A DNA stretch of 64,000 nucleotides from an uncultured beta proteobacterium (GCA_963772865.1 CAVYZA010000028.1:10610-74609), one strand, 5' to 3'; counted from the stretch's first letter, positions 30,545-40,504 are shown. Numbers and translations: made by a program. The notes: generated by a model not told the origin, from the sequence alone.

Positions 30545-31410
30545 TGGCTGTTCCGGAAGAAGCGCCCGCTGATGCCTTGCGGCATGAGGCGCAGCAGAAT
30601 GATCGCGAGCGCCAGCAGGGCAATCTCGCCGATCACGGGCGAATAGGCGAAGGACACGATCTGGCTGACCACGCCGAACAGCGCCGTGCTGGCCAACGTA
30701 CCCGCGATCACCGCACCGGCGCCGCCCGTGATCACCGCGATGAACGCTTGCGCGACGTAGGCGCCGCCCGAGGCGGGCAGCAGTCCGGTCAGCGGCGCCA
30801 GCACCCCGCCGGCCAGGCCCGACAGAGCCGCGCCGATCGCGAAGGTCACCATGTAGACGGTGCGCGGGTTGTACCCAAGCGCCGAGGCGATCTCGGGGTT
30901 CTGCATTGCGCCGCGCGCGATCAGCCCCCAGCGCGTATAGCGCAGCACCACCCACATGGCCGCATAGAGCACCGCCGTCACGCCGATGATGAACAGGTTG
31001 TACCCGCCCATCTGGAACTCGCCGAGCTGATAGCCCGGCAGCGGCGTCGGCACGCTCACCGCCGAGCTGCCGAAGATCAACGTGACCAGCCCGATCAGCA
31101 GCAGGCTCAGGCCCCAGGTCGCGAGCATGGTGTCGATCATGCGGCCGTACAGGAAGCGGATCACCAGCCGCTCGACGATCAACCCCACCAGCCCCACCAC
31201 CAGCGGCGCGATCACCAGCATGGCGAACCAGATGTCGATGCCGGCGCGGTCGCAGGCAAGCGTGGTGTAGCCGCCGAGCATGACGAACTCGCCGTGCGCG
31301 AGGTTGATCACCCGCATCATGCCGAACACGATCGCGAGCCCCGCGCTGATCAGCGCGAGGAACGCGATCATGTACAGGATCTGGAGCAGGACGACGGCGA
31401 TGTAGTCCAT
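30541..31410 (-). CDS. Branched-chain/amide ABC permease, LivH/UrtB-like
   Basis: Intact 289-aa ORF reading LISAGLAIVFGMMRVINLAHGEFVMLGGY...GLIARGAMQNPEIASALGYN. Confidence 0.9.
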   Translation of the reverse strand: MDYIAVVLLQILYMIAFLALISAGLAIVFGMMRVINLAHGEFVMLGGYTTLACDRAGIDIWFAMLVIAPLVVGLVGLIVERLVIRFLYGRMIDTMLATWGLSLLLIGLVTLIFGSSAVSVPTPLPGYQLGEFQMGGYNLFIIGVTAVLYAAMWVVLRYTRWGLIARGAMQNPEIASALGYNPRTVYMVTFAIGAALSGLAGGVLAPLTGLLPASGGAYVAQAFIAVITGGAGAVIAGTLASTALFGVVSQIVSFAYSPVIGEIALLALAIILLRLMPQGISGRFFRNSQ

Positions 31411-31458
31411 CGGTCAGAGGGTCGGAGAGGAGGTGGCGTAGCGCGATTGGATGAGGAA

Positions 31459-31592
31459 CCCCTCTCAGCCTGAGGGGATGTCGTTACTCCTTCCCCCGCT
31501 TGCAGGGGAAGGTTGGGATGGGGGCATGCGAAGACTGGTGCCCGCCCCCTCCCCAGCCCTCCCCCGCGTCCTGCGGACGCAAGGGAGGGAGC
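31459..31592. repeat. Cluster of REP-like palindromic elements
   Basis: Three elements: cccctctcagcctgagggg, tccttcccccgcttgcaggggaaggttgggatggggg and cccgccccctccccagccctcccccgcgtcctgcggacgcaagggagggagc. The cluster lies between the binding-protein gene and the permease gene. Confidence 0.65.
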
Positions 31593-31655
31593 TTCCCGCT
31601 CTCGCCGCGCTCTCCTGTCTCAGGAGCGCCGCGGCGTCTGCCGTTCGAGCACGCC

Positions 31656-32882
31656 TCAGATCTTCACCTCGAACTGCTTGTTCTCGTTCGGATTCTTCAG
31701 CAGGTCGCAGTACTGCAGGGTGTCCGAAGGCTGGCGCTGCTTGACGGTGTTGAGGATGGTGAGCTTCTGGTTCTTCACCTCCATCAGGTGGATGTCGAGC
31801 GCGGCATGATGCGTCTTCGGCTCGATGGTCACCGTGCCGGCCGGCCCGACGATGGAGGGGCCCGACTCGATCGCATTGAGCATCGCCTTGCGGTCCAGCG
31901 AGCCCGCCTTCTTCACGCACTCGGCCCACACGTAGATGCCCTGGTACTGCGACACTGCGATCTCGTGCACGATCTTGGTGTCGCCGAAGCGCTTCTTCCA
32001 GCGCGCCAGGAACTCCTTGTTGGCGGGCGTATCGGCCTCCTGGCTGTAGTTGCCGGCGATGATGATGCCGTCGCCTTCCGCCGGGGACAGGGCCAGGTGC
32101 TCGTTGCCCACACCGAAGGTCGTGGACGCCAGCGGGATCTTCTTGTTCATGCCCTGGGCCGCCCACTGCCGGTAGAACGCCATGTGGGCGCCACCCACCA
32201 GCGCGGAGACCACCCAGTCCGGGTTGGCCTGCTGGATCTTGGCGATGGTCGAGCCGAAGTCGGCCACGTCGAGCGGGAAGAAGTCGGTCGAGGCGACCGA
32301 ACCGCCGCGCTGCGCGATGTAGTGCTGCAGCCACTTGGCCGTGATCTGGCCGTAGTTGTAGTCGGCCGCCAGGATGTAGACCTTCTTGCCCCACTTCTTC
32401 ATGGCGTAGTCGACGATCGGCTCGACCGCCTGCGCCGGCGTGGTGCCGGTGACGACGCAGTTGCGATCGCACACGCCGCCTTCATACAGCACGTTGTAGA
32501 AGTACAGCACGTTGGCGCGCCTGAAGGTCTGGCGGATCGCCTCGCGCGAGGCCGAGGTGATGCCGCCGTGCACGACATCCACCTTGTCGGTGCGCGCGAG
32601 CTGCTGCGCGAACTTGGTGTACAGCGCGATGTCGGACTGGGTGTCGTACTGGATGGCCTTGATCTGGCGCCCCAGCAGGCCGCCGGAGGCGTTGATCTCC
32701 TCGACCGCCATGGTGGTGGCCATCACCATCGGCTTGCCGTAGATGTCCAGGTTGCCGGAGTTGTCCAGCACCGAGCCGAGCAAGATCGGCTTGCTCTGGC
32801 CGAAAGCCGCCAGCGGCCCCAAGCCCCCCGCTACTGCCGCCGCACCGGTCGCGGCAAGAAAGTCGCGCCTAGAAATGCTCAT
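31656..32882 (-). CDS. TAT-signal periplasmic substrate-binding protein of the amide/urea (AmiC/FmdD-like) ABC transporter family
   Basis: Intact 408-aa ORF. The twin-arginine leader reads MSISRRDFLAATGAAAVAG. A type-I binding fold is indicated by ILLGSVLDNSGNLDIYGKPMVMATTMAVEEINASGGLLGRQIK...ADYNYGQ. Confidence 0.9.
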   Translation of the reverse strand: MSISRRDFLAATGAAAVAGGLGPLAAFGQSKPILLGSVLDNSGNLDIYGKPMVMATTMAVEEINASGGLLGRQIKAIQYDTQSDIALYTKFAQQLARTDKVDVVHGGITSASREAIRQTFRRANVLYFYNVLYEGGVCDRNCVVTGTTPAQAVEPIVDYAMKKWGKKVYILAADYNYGQITAKWLQHYIAQRGGSVASTDFFPLDVADFGSTIAKIQQANPDWVVSALVGGAHMAFYRQWAAQGMNKKIPLASTTFGVGNEHLALSPAEGDGIIIAGNYSQEADTPANKEFLARWKKRFGDTKIVHEIAVSQYQGIYVWAECVKKAGSLDRKAMLNAIESGPSIVGPAGTVTIEPKTHHAALDIHLMEVKNQKLTILNTVKQRQPSDTLQYCDLLKNPNENKQFEVKI

Positions 32883-32951
32883 GCCCCTCGTCTCCTTCTG
32901 CTTGGATGAAGTCCGCCGCGGCGCGCTGCGCCGCCGGCAGACGGGCCGGCG

Positions 32952-34550
32952 TTATTCCGCCGTCTTCTTGGTCCCCTCGTCCGGGCCGCCGCTCTTGGGC
33001 AGCGCCCCGGAAAAGTCGTAGCCGATGGACTCGCCGATGCTCTTGAGCGCCGGCAGCTGCAGCGCCATGCCGAGGATGCTGTCCAGCACCTGATTCACCG
33101 GCGGGCGCGAAGCGTTCTCGCTGCCGCCGACACCCGGCGCCCCGCCCAGTCCGCTCACCTGGTGGATGCGGATGCTGTCGATCTTCTCGACCGGCTTCAT
33201 CATCTGCGCGACGATCTCCGGCAGCTTGTCCAGGCGATAGCGCTCCAGCTCCAGGTGCATGAGGCTTTCGGTGCGCGAGTTCTCCGCCTTGATCCGCGCC
33301 GTCGAACCCTCCGATTCGGCGAGCAGGCGCGCGCGCTCGGCCTCCGCACGCGCACGGATGGCTTGCGCTTCGGCCTGGGCGCGCCGGATCAGGACTCCCG
33401 CCTCGGTGTCCGCGTTGGCGGAAGCCACCTCGCCTTCCTCCTGGACCCGCTTGCCTGCCATCTCGCGCGAGCGGTCCGCCACCGCGCGCTCGCGCTCGGT
33501 CTGCACGTGTTCCTGCGCCAGCACGACGTCGGTGCGGGCGAGCTCCGCCTGGGCCTGCGCCCGCGCTTCCTCGACGTGCTTGGAGGCGAGCTGGATGCTG
33601 CTGTCGACCTTGCGCATCTCGGAGCTCAGCTGCGCCTCGATCTCCAGCCGGCGCACTTCGCGCTGCTTGGTGATCTCCAGGGCGCGTGTCTCGCGCTCGC
33701 GCTCGATGCGCGCGTTCTCGGTGGCCACCATCGCCTGCTCGCGCGCCTTGGCGGTCTCGGCCTCGCTCGCCGCCTTGATCTTCTCGATCTCCAGGCGCTG
33801 GCCGATCTGCGCCTGCTCCTCCTCCTGCTGCAGCACCAGGCGGCGCTTGGTGGCTTCGAGCTGGGTCTGGCGCACGGCGATGTCGGCCTCGGCCTCGATC
33901 TGCGTGCGCTGCTTCCTGTTGCTGGCGATGACCTCGGCGAGCTTGCGCATCCCCACCGCGTTGAAGGCGTTGTCCTCGTCGAGCGCGGCGAAGGACGCCT
34001 GGTCCAGTCGGGTGAGGGAGACCGCGTCGAGCAGCACGCCGTTCACCGACAGGTTCTCGCGCAGCTGCTCGGCGACGTGACGGACGAACTCCCCGCGCTT
34101 CTCGTGCAGGGTGTCCATGGTCTCGGCGGCGGCCACCGACTGCAGAGCGTCGACGAAGCGGCCCTCGAGCAGGTTGCGGATGCCCTCCGGATTGAACGAG
34201 CGCGAGCCGATCGCCTGCGCGGCGGTGGCGATGCCTTCGACCGTAGGCTGCACGCGCACGTAGAACTCCAGCTCCACGTCGACGCGGATGCGGTCCACCG
34301 TGATCAGCGACTTGTCGCCGGCGCGCCGCACCTCCACGCGGATGGTCCGCATGTTGATCTCGTCGATCTTGTGCAGGAACGGCAGCGCCAGGCAGCCGCC
34401 GGAGATGACGATGCGCTGGCCGCCGAAGCCGGTGCGCACCAGCGCGACGTCGCGCGTGGACTTGCGATAGAAGCGGTTGAGAAAGACGACGACGATCGCG
34501 ACGACGACGATCGCGACGACGATGCCGAGAAGCCACCCGAGGAACACCAT
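32952..34550 (-). CDS. Flotillin / SPFH (band-7) family protein (YqiK-like)
   Basis: Intact 532-aa ORF. It has an N-terminal TM segment (LLGIVVAIVVVAIVVVF) and an SPFH core (ALVRTGFGGQRIVISGGCLALPFLHKIDEINMRTIRVEV), followed by a long E/A/R/Q-rich coiled coil. Confidence 0.9.
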   Translation of the reverse strand: MVFLGWLLGIVVAIVVVAIVVVFLNRFYRKSTRDVALVRTGFGGQRIVISGGCLALPFLHKIDEINMRTIRVEVRRAGDKSLITVDRIRVDVELEFYVRVQPTVEGIATAAQAIGSRSFNPEGIRNLLEGRFVDALQSVAAAETMDTLHEKRGEFVRHVAEQLRENLSVNGVLLDAVSLTRLDQASFAALDEDNAFNAVGMRKLAEVIASNRKQRTQIEAEADIAVRQTQLEATKRRLVLQQEEEQAQIGQRLEIEKIKAASEAETAKAREQAMVATENARIERERETRALEITKQREVRRLEIEAQLSSEMRKVDSSIQLASKHVEEARAQAQAELARTDVVLAQEHVQTERERAVADRSREMAGKRVQEEGEVASANADTEAGVLIRRAQAEAQAIRARAEAERARLLAESEGSTARIKAENSRTESLMHLELERYRLDKLPEIVAQMMKPVEKIDSIRIHQVSGLGGAPGVGGSENASRPPVNQVLDSILGMALQLPALKSIGESIGYDFSGALPKSGGPDEGTKKTAE

Positions 34551-34616
34551 GGCGCCGCTCCCTCCCGAGCTAGGACCGGCCCTGAGTATGGGGCTGCGAT
34601 ATTTTCCGTGTCAAGC

Positions 34617-34648
34617 ATCGGTGCCGTGGCTTGCGCCACGGCACCGAT
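34617..34648. other. Perfect 13-bp-stem hairpin upstream of the flotillin gene
   Basis: The sequence is atcggtgccgtgg cttgcg ccacggcaccgat. It lies 67 nt upstream of the flotillin ATG at 34550. Confidence 0.5.
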
Positions 34649-34776
34649 CATGGGAAAAGCGGATCGAGAGCGGCGGGGAGGACGCCGCGAGGTGTGTGCC
34701 GGGCTGCGGGTGGTTGGGCCCTGTACTGTCCACGGTCGGGTCATTCAGCCCGCGCTTCTGCCTTTCATTTAAAGGT

Positions 34777-34800
34777 AAAGCGCGCCAACAGGCGCGCTTT
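34777..34800 (-). terminator. Putative intrinsic, possibly bidirectional, terminator
   Basis: The sequence is aaagcgcgcc aaca ggcgcgcttt, a 10-bp stem flanked by A and T tracts. It starts 3 nt downstream of the stop at 34804-34806. Confidence 0.5.
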
Positions 34801-34803
34801 GCC

Positions 34804-35461
34804 TCAGTGCTGGTCCGGGTCCACCCGGCCCTTGATGCCGTCGAAGGCCTGCTCGCGCGCCTCGTCCTTGGCCTTCGCTTCGATGTTGCTGCAGTTGTCG
34901 CCGGTGAAGGCCACACGGCTGGGATGAGCCGATCACGCCCAGGTAGCGGTTCTGGACGGTATAGGCGTCCACCTCGCGGTGGAACCAGCGGTCACAGGCG
35001 CTCATGTTCGCGTACTCCCCGGAGCTGTCCTGGAAGTAGTGCACCATCTCGTGCAGGAGGATGGAGCGGTGGAACAGGTTGGTCTCGGGCTTCAGCGAGT
35101 CGTCGAGGAAGATGCCGTCGCCGGGCTTGTACCAGGCGCGGATGGCGCAGTGCGTGCCGCAGACATAGTTCTCGAGCTCGGCGTGCGGGATGCGGTAGAT
35201 CCGGGGCGGCTCCTTCGGCACGTGGTAGCGGGCGAGACGATCGATGGCGCGGGTCAGTGACTTGACCACCTCGCCCAGATTGTCGGCCGGGCTCGTGTCG
35301 AACGCGCGATCGCTGCCGATGCTGTCCGACTTCGCCGTATAGGTGCTGTACATGCCGCCGATGGCGGGCTCGTCACCCGCGAGGGCGACGCTCGCCGCCA
35401 GGGCGATCGGAAGGGCAACAACGAAACTCAGGCTACGCATGAGCCACCTCGCGTTCGTCAT
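34804..35461 (-). CDS. Secreted hypothetical protein with an HExxH motif (putative zinc-dependent peptidase-like); 1 frameshift near 34925
   Basis: Track ORF 34769..35461. The signal peptide reads MRSLSFVVALPIALAASVALAGD and the HExxH motif reads SILLHEMVHYFQD. The C-terminus recovered in another frame reads SRVAFTGDNCSNIEAKAKDEAREQAFDGIKGRVDPDQH-TGA (34804-34806). Confidence 0.6.
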
Positions 35462-35706
35462 CTCCCCCCGGCTGTGTTGAGAGCCTTATCGGGTTCTTGC
35501 ACAATTGCTCTGCATAACCCGTGCCCGCTCAAAACCGTCAATTCGCCCCTGTTTCGGGGCCGCCGGACCGTCTTGGCGCACCATCCCAGCGCTGGACAGT
35601 AGCACAGGGCCACAATTTGGTGCCACTCGGCCTGGCGATCTATGCCGAAAGGCTGACCCGGCCTTTGAATCAAGGACGGTGACCCTGGTCAGCGGCATGC
35701 TTCCGC

Positions 35707-36578
35707 TCAGGTCTCGCTCTCGCCGGGCCCGGCCTTGACCGGCTTGGCCTTGCGCCGCTCTTCGATCACCACTCGCCGGTTCTTGGCGATCTCCTGCGCG
35801 CGCGCGAGTTGCTGCGCGTCGAGGCGTGGGCGCGAGTGCGGCGAGATCCTTGGCATTCTCGGCCGCCTCGGTCTGGTCCTCGGGCGAGAAGTAGCTCGAG
35901 GCCAGCGTCAGCCAGGCATAGCCCTCGGCCGGATCGGCCGGGACACCCCTTCCCGCACCGATCATCTTGCCGAGGTTGGACATGGCCACGCCCACGCCCT
36001 TGTCTGCCGACAGCTGATACCAGGTGATCGCGCGCTGGGGATCGGGATCGACGCCGCGCCCGTTCTCGTACATCGAGGCCAGGTTGTACATGGCCAGGCC
36101 ATCGCCTCCCTGGGCAGCGCGCTCGTACCAATCGCGCGCCTGGCCGTAGTCGCGCTCCACCCCCAGGCCGTTCTCGTACAGGTCGCCGATGCTGTTCATG
36201 GCCCAGGCGTCGCCGTGCTCGGCGGACATCTCCCACCACTCCAAGGCCTTGGCGTAGTCCTGCTTCACGCCGTGGCCGTTGGCATAGAGCAGCCCGAGAT
36301 TGTTCATCGACAGGCTGTAGCCGCGCTTGGCGGCTTCCTTCCACCAGCGCATCGCCTCCTTGAAGTCGGGCGCCGGCACACCCACGCCGCGCGCCCACAG
36401 CAACCCCAGGTTGTTCAGCGCCCGGACATCTCCCATCTCGGCGCCGCGGATGAGATTGTCCGGGATCGGCCGAGATGTCGCCCGGCTTGATCTCGACGAA
36501 GGTCTCGTCCTCCTGGGCGGCGGCAGGCAGGGCCAACCCCATCAGCACAGCCAAGGCAACGACTTTGAGGTTCGGCAT
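35707..36578 (-). CDS. Sel1-repeat (TPR-like) secreted protein; 2 frameshifts
   Basis: The N-terminus comes from ORF 35766..36578 (MPNLKVVALAVLMGLALPAAAQ). The repeats come from ORF 35486..36436 (NNLGLLWARGVGVPAPDFKEAMRWWKEAAKRGYSLSMNNLGLLYANGHGVKQDYAKALEWWEMSAEHGDAWAMNSIGDLYENGLGVERDY...). The corrected tail reads ...RRKAKPVKAGPGESET-TGA (35707-35709). Confidence 0.8.
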
Positions 36579-36714
36579 GATTCTCCAATCCTCCGGAACG
36601 GGTCATTATCTACGAACAGAAGCCGGCCACGGAGTTCCTGGGACCTCGCGCAGGAGCAGACGCGTCCAGCGCTCGCTCCGTACATTCGCCATTCGCCCGG
36701 AGCTGCAAGACCAT

Positions 36715-37596
36715 TCACCCGCGCAAGAAAGCCCGCAGATCCGCCAGCAGCTCCTCGGGCGCCTCTTCGGGAATGAAATGGCCGCATGGGAGCGGATGGC
36801 CGGCGACGGCGTCCGCCTTTTCTTTCCACGTGGCGATCACGTCGAAGAGGGTATGCATCTTGCCGAACTCCCCCCAAATGGCAAGCAGCGGGCAGCGCAC
36901 GCGCTTGCCGAGGTCGCGCTCGTCGTCCTCGAAATCGCGGGTTGCCGCGGCACGGTAGTCCTCCAGTCCGGCGCGGATCGTTCCCGGCAGGGTGAAGGCG
37001 CGCAGGTACTCCTGGACCATCGGCTCCTCGATCGCGCCGGCGCGGAAGGTCAGCCCGCGGAACATGGTGCGCAGGAACGGTTCGGGCGTCGCCGAGATCA
37101 TCATCTCCGGCAGGTCGGGCGCCTGGAAGTAGAACCAGTGCCAGTAAGCGGCGGCCAGGTGCCGGTCGGTTCGTGCGAACACGGTGTGGGTCGGCACGAT
37201 GTCGAGGACGCACAGCCTGGTGACGGCCTCGGGATAGTCGAGCGCCAGCCGGTGCGCCACGCGCCCGCCGCGGTCATGACCGACCAGGGCATAGCGCGCG
37301 TGCCCCAGCGCCAGCATCACCTCGTGCATGTCGCGCGCCATGGTCTTCTTGTCGTAGCCGTCGCGCGGCTTGTCGGAGTCGCCGTAGCCGCGCAGGTCCG
37401 GGCAGACCACGGTGTACTGGTCGAGCAGCTTCGGCGCGACCTTGCGCCACATCTGGCCGGTCTGCGGGTAGCCGTGCAGGAGCAGGACGGGCGGCCCGTT
37501 GCCGCCGGCCCAGAGGTTGATCTTGATGCCGTTCGCGCGGACCGTGCGGTGGTCCATCCCGGTCATGAAGTGCACGCGTGGAGCCTCTCGCGTCAA
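36715..37596 (-). CDS. Alpha/beta hydrolase, haloacetate dehalogenase / epoxide hydrolase-like
   Basis: Intact 293-aa ORF. Motifs are PVLLLHGYPQTGQMW and the Asp nucleophile VGHDRGGRVAHR, followed by a C-terminal HF. The start could instead be the internal M at 37566. Confidence 0.85.
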   Translation of the reverse strand: MTREAPRVHFMTGMDHRTVRANGIKINLWAGGNGPPVLLLHGYPQTGQMWRKVAPKLLDQYTVVCPDLRGYGDSDKPRDGYDKKTMARDMHEVMLALGHARYALVGHDRGGRVAHRLALDYPEAVTRLCVLDIVPTHTVFARTDRHLAAAYWHWFYFQAPDLPEMMISATPEPFLRTMFRGLTFRAGAIEEPMVQEYLRAFTLPGTIRAGLEDYRAAATRDFEDDERDLGKRVRCPLLAIWGEFGKMHTLFDVIATWKEKADAVAGHPLPCGHFIPEEAPEELLADLRAFLRG

Positions 37597-37864
37597 TACA
37601 GTGGCCAGTGTGCCACAGGCAGCCTCCGGACCTTCTGCGCCGCGAGCCCGCCGCCTGCGCTACCAGGTTACGTCACCAAGAGGTCGTGCCCGCTCGCGCT
37701 GCGATGCCACACGTAGTGCGTCTTGGATTCCCCGAACCCGTAGACCGCACCATCCATGGTTTCTACAGTCACGACGCAAGCAAGTGAGGGCGAGCCGCTG
37801 TCAGCCAGGTCTTCCTCCCTGGTTGTTGTTGGAATCGAGTCTTTGCTGTCTTGCCGATCTTGGT

Positions 37865-38812
37865 TCAAGCGTGGATCTGCGTCCCCGTTTCTCCCTTCAA
37901 AGCCCGCCCGAGATTCGGCGGGTCGGTGATGATGGCGCGCCCGTGCGGACAGCTGCTCAGGTAGCGCCGAATGGCTTCGATCTTCGGCCCCATGCTGCCG
38001 GGCGGGAAGTGTCCTTGCCGCGCATAGCCCTCGAGCTCTGCAAGCGAGACCTCGCCGAGCCACTGCTGCCGCGGCGTATTGAAATGGATGGCGACGCGCT
38101 CGACGCCCGTGGACACGACGAACAGCTGCGCGCCGAGCTGCCGCGCCAGCAGGCTCGAGGCGAGGTCCTTGTCGATCACCGCCTCCAGGCCCTGCAGATC
38201 CCCGCGTTCATCGGTCATCACGGGAATGCCTCCGCCCCCGCAGGCGATGAGGATGAAGCCTTCGCTCACCAGCTGGCGGATCGCATGCAGCTCGACGATC
38301 TCCTGCGGATCGGGCGAAGCGATCACCCGCCGCCAGCCACGCCCGGCGTCCTCTGCGATGTTCCACCCAAGCTGCTGCGCCAGCGCCTTGGCGGTGTCTT
38401 CGTCCATGTGCGCGCCGATCGGCTTGGTGGGCCGCTGAAAGGCGCGATCGTCGGGCATCACCCGCACCTGCGTGACCAGCGCGACGACGTGGCGCGAGAC
38501 GCCGCGGCGCTTGAGCTCGTTGGACAAGCCGCGCTGGAACATGTAGCCGATCGCACCCTGGGTGTCGGCGTCAGCGTAGTCGACCGGCACCTCCGGAACG
38601 ACCCCTTTGGCGATGCCGGAGCGGCGCAGGATGAAGCCCACTTGCGGGCCGTTGCCGTGGGTCAGGACGACGGTCCAGCCCTGCTCGATGATGTCCGCGA
38701 CATAGCGACAGGTGAGCGTCGCGGCGGCGGCCTGGTCCCGGATCGACTCCTGGCCCGGGCCCAGGATCAGCGCGTTGCCGCCCACCGCGACTACTGCAAC
38801 TCGCGCGCTCAC
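37865..38812 (-). CDS. arcC: Carbamate kinase (paralog 1)
   Basis: Intact 315-aa ORF. Motifs are VVAVGGNAL, LTHGNGPQVG, TKPIG, EDAGRGWRRV, ACGGGGIPV, EAVIDKDLAS and GSMGPKIEA. Confidence 0.9.
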   Translation of the reverse strand: MSARVAVVAVGGNALILGPGQESIRDQAAAATLTCRYVADIIEQGWTVVLTHGNGPQVGFILRRSGIAKGVVPEVPVDYADADTQGAIGYMFQRGLSNELKRRGVSRHVVALVTQVRVMPDDRAFQRPTKPIGAHMDEDTAKALAQQLGWNIAEDAGRGWRRVIASPDPQEIVELHAIRQLVSEGFILIACGGGGIPVMTDERGDLQGLEAVIDKDLASSLLARQLGAQLFVVSTGVERVAIHFNTPRQQWLGEVSLAELEGYARQGHFPPGSMGPKIEAIRRYLSSCPHGRAIITDPPNLGRALKGETGTQIHA

Positions 38813-38824
38813 GTGCGCTCCGAG

Positions 38825-38910
38825 CCCCCACCCTATCCCTCCCCCGCGCGCGGGGGAGGGGGAAGGAAGGATCCCTCCCCCGCTACGCGGGGGAGGGCGA
38901 GGGAGGGGGC
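38825..38910. repeat. REP-like palindromic elements (two adjacent copies)
   Basis: The sequence is ccccaccctatccctcccccgcgcgcgggggagggggaaggaaggatccctcccccgctacgcgggggagggcgagggaggggg. It lies between the permease stop and the carbamate kinase start. Confidence 0.7.
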
Positions 38911-38953
38911 AATGCGTTGCCGAACTTGGAAGGTGAGCACTAAGTACGCTGCA

Positions 38954-40504
38954 TCACTTCGCGCCGCCCTTGGCCTGCGCCGCCACACCCAGGCAGATCA
39001 AGGCAAACAGCACGTAACCCAACGCGACCACGGGCGAGACGCCTAAGCCGAGATGCGTGCCGTGGATCAGGCCGATGTAGGACAGGGCCGCGCCGATGAA
39101 GGCTGTGAAGGCCGCGGTCTTGAGGCGCTTCTCGATGATGAACGCCGCCATCGCTCCCAGCACCATGCCGGCCAGCACGGAGCCGCCGCCGAGGAGCTCG
39201 AGACCGTGGTACAGGACACCGGTCCCGGCGAGCTTGTCCAGCCCGACCTGGGCGGCGGAGGTGCCCGCAGCACCCAGCGCTCCGTCGATCTGCGTCTTGG
39301 CCCACTCGGCCAGATTCGGGATGATCGCCAGCACCACCGCCGGGGCGTGGTTAGACGGCGTGGCCTGGAACGCCTGCGCCCCGATCACCAGGCCGATGTA
39401 GAGCAGGATCGGCAGGATGGCGACCAGCGGGATCACCGCCAGCAGCAGCGCGGTGAGGCCGAGGAAGCACACCAGCGCGATGACGATGCCGGTGGCGAGC
39501 GAATAGCCGACGCGGCCCCCCACTGCCTTCCACCCGGGGTGCCCGATGTAGACCGCCGGCGGGAAGGGGCTGCCCATCACGGCGCCGATGATGGCGCCGC
39601 TGCCGTCCGCGAGCAGGATCTTGCGCAGGTCGTAGCTGTCGCCCGCCGCCGATGCGCTCTCCACGTTGTTCATCGCTTCCACGAAGTTGTAGATGCCCAG
39701 CGGGATGGCGGTCGCGAGCAGCGGCGCCACCTGCTTCAAGCCGGTGAACACGTCGGCGGAGAACAGCGGAACATACAACCCGAAGCGATCGAATGACGCA
39801 CCCACTGCCGCCGGATCCATGTAGTTGCTCCAGCCCGCGAACGCGGCGATCCAGCCGATCAGGGTGCCGACCACGACTGCAGCCAGCCCGCCTGGCACGT
39901 TGCCCGGCAGGCGCATGCCGGCGGTCCACGCGATCAGCACGATGGCCAGCGAGGCGAATCCGATCCACGGCGCCTCCCAGATCTGGAAGGCGGGCCGCAT
40001 CGAGATGAACGTGATCGAGATGCCGGCCAGCGTGCCGAGCATCGCCGCACGCGGCGTCACCCTGCGGATGAACGGTCCGATGAACGCGCCGATCAGCACG
40101 ATCACGCCGATGATCAGGCACCAGGCCAGCCCGGCCTGCCACGCGAGGATCGGGTCCTTGGTCTGCAGGTACACCGGCAGCATCACCAGGAACACCACGA
40201 TGAACATGTGCGGCACACTGGGGCCGTAGGGCATCGCGGTGACGTCGCTGCGCCCTTCCTTCTTCCCCAGCTGGTAGGCCATCCAGGCGTAGAACAGGTT
40301 ACCCAGCGCGAGCGCGATGCCGAGCGCCGGCAGGATGCGCCCGAACACCATGTCGGCTGGCAGCTGCACCAGGCCGATGCACAGGCCGGTGAGCACGATC
40401 ACGTTGAGCAGAATGTTGGTGAACAGGCCAAAGAAGCCGTTCAGATCGCTCGCCACCCACCAACGCGGCGTGCCGGCCGCTTGCGTGCCTACAGCGTTTG
40501 CCAT
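38954..40504 (-). CDS. NCS2-family (AzgA/xanthine-uracil-type) nucleobase-like permease
   Basis: Intact 516-aa polytopic ORF. It reads DLNGFFGLFTNILLNVIVLTG...NVESASAAGDSYDLRKILLADGSGAIIGAVMGSPFPPAVYIGHPGWKAVGGRVGYSL, a pattern typical of AzgA-like permeases. Confidence 0.8.
   Translation of the reverse strand: MANAVGTQAAGTPRWWVASDLNGFFGLFTNILLNVIVLTGLCIGLVQLPADMVFGRILPALGIALALGNLFYAWMAYQLGKKEGRSDVTAMPYGPSVPHMFIVVFLVMLPVYLQTKDPILAWQAGLAWCLIIGVIVLIGAFIGPFIRRVTPRAAMLGTLAGISITFISMRPAFQIWEAPWIGFASLAIVLIAWTAGMRLPGNVPGGLAAVVVGTLIGWIAAFAGWSNYMDPAAVGASFDRFGLYVPLFSADVFTGLKQVAPLLATAIPLGIYNFVEAMNNVESASAAGDSYDLRKILLADGSGAIIGAVMGSPFPPAVYIGHPGWKAVGGRVGYSLATGIVIALVCFLGLTALLLAVIPLVAILPILLYIGLVIGAQAFQATPSNHAPAVVLAIIPNLAEWAKTQIDGALGAAGTSAAQVGLDKLAGTGVLYHGLELLGGGSVLAGMVLGAMAAFIIEKRLKTAAFTAFIGAALSYIGLIHGTHLGLGVSPVVALGYVLFALICLGVAAQAKGGAK

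Noticed and set aside
34470-34530. The repetitive DNA atcgtcgtcgcgatcgtcgtcgtc near the flotillin start as a tandem repeat of interest
   Set aside because: It simply encodes the Ile/Val/Ala-rich N-terminal transmembrane helix (IVVAIVVVAIVVV), so it is a codon-level repetition and not an independent element.
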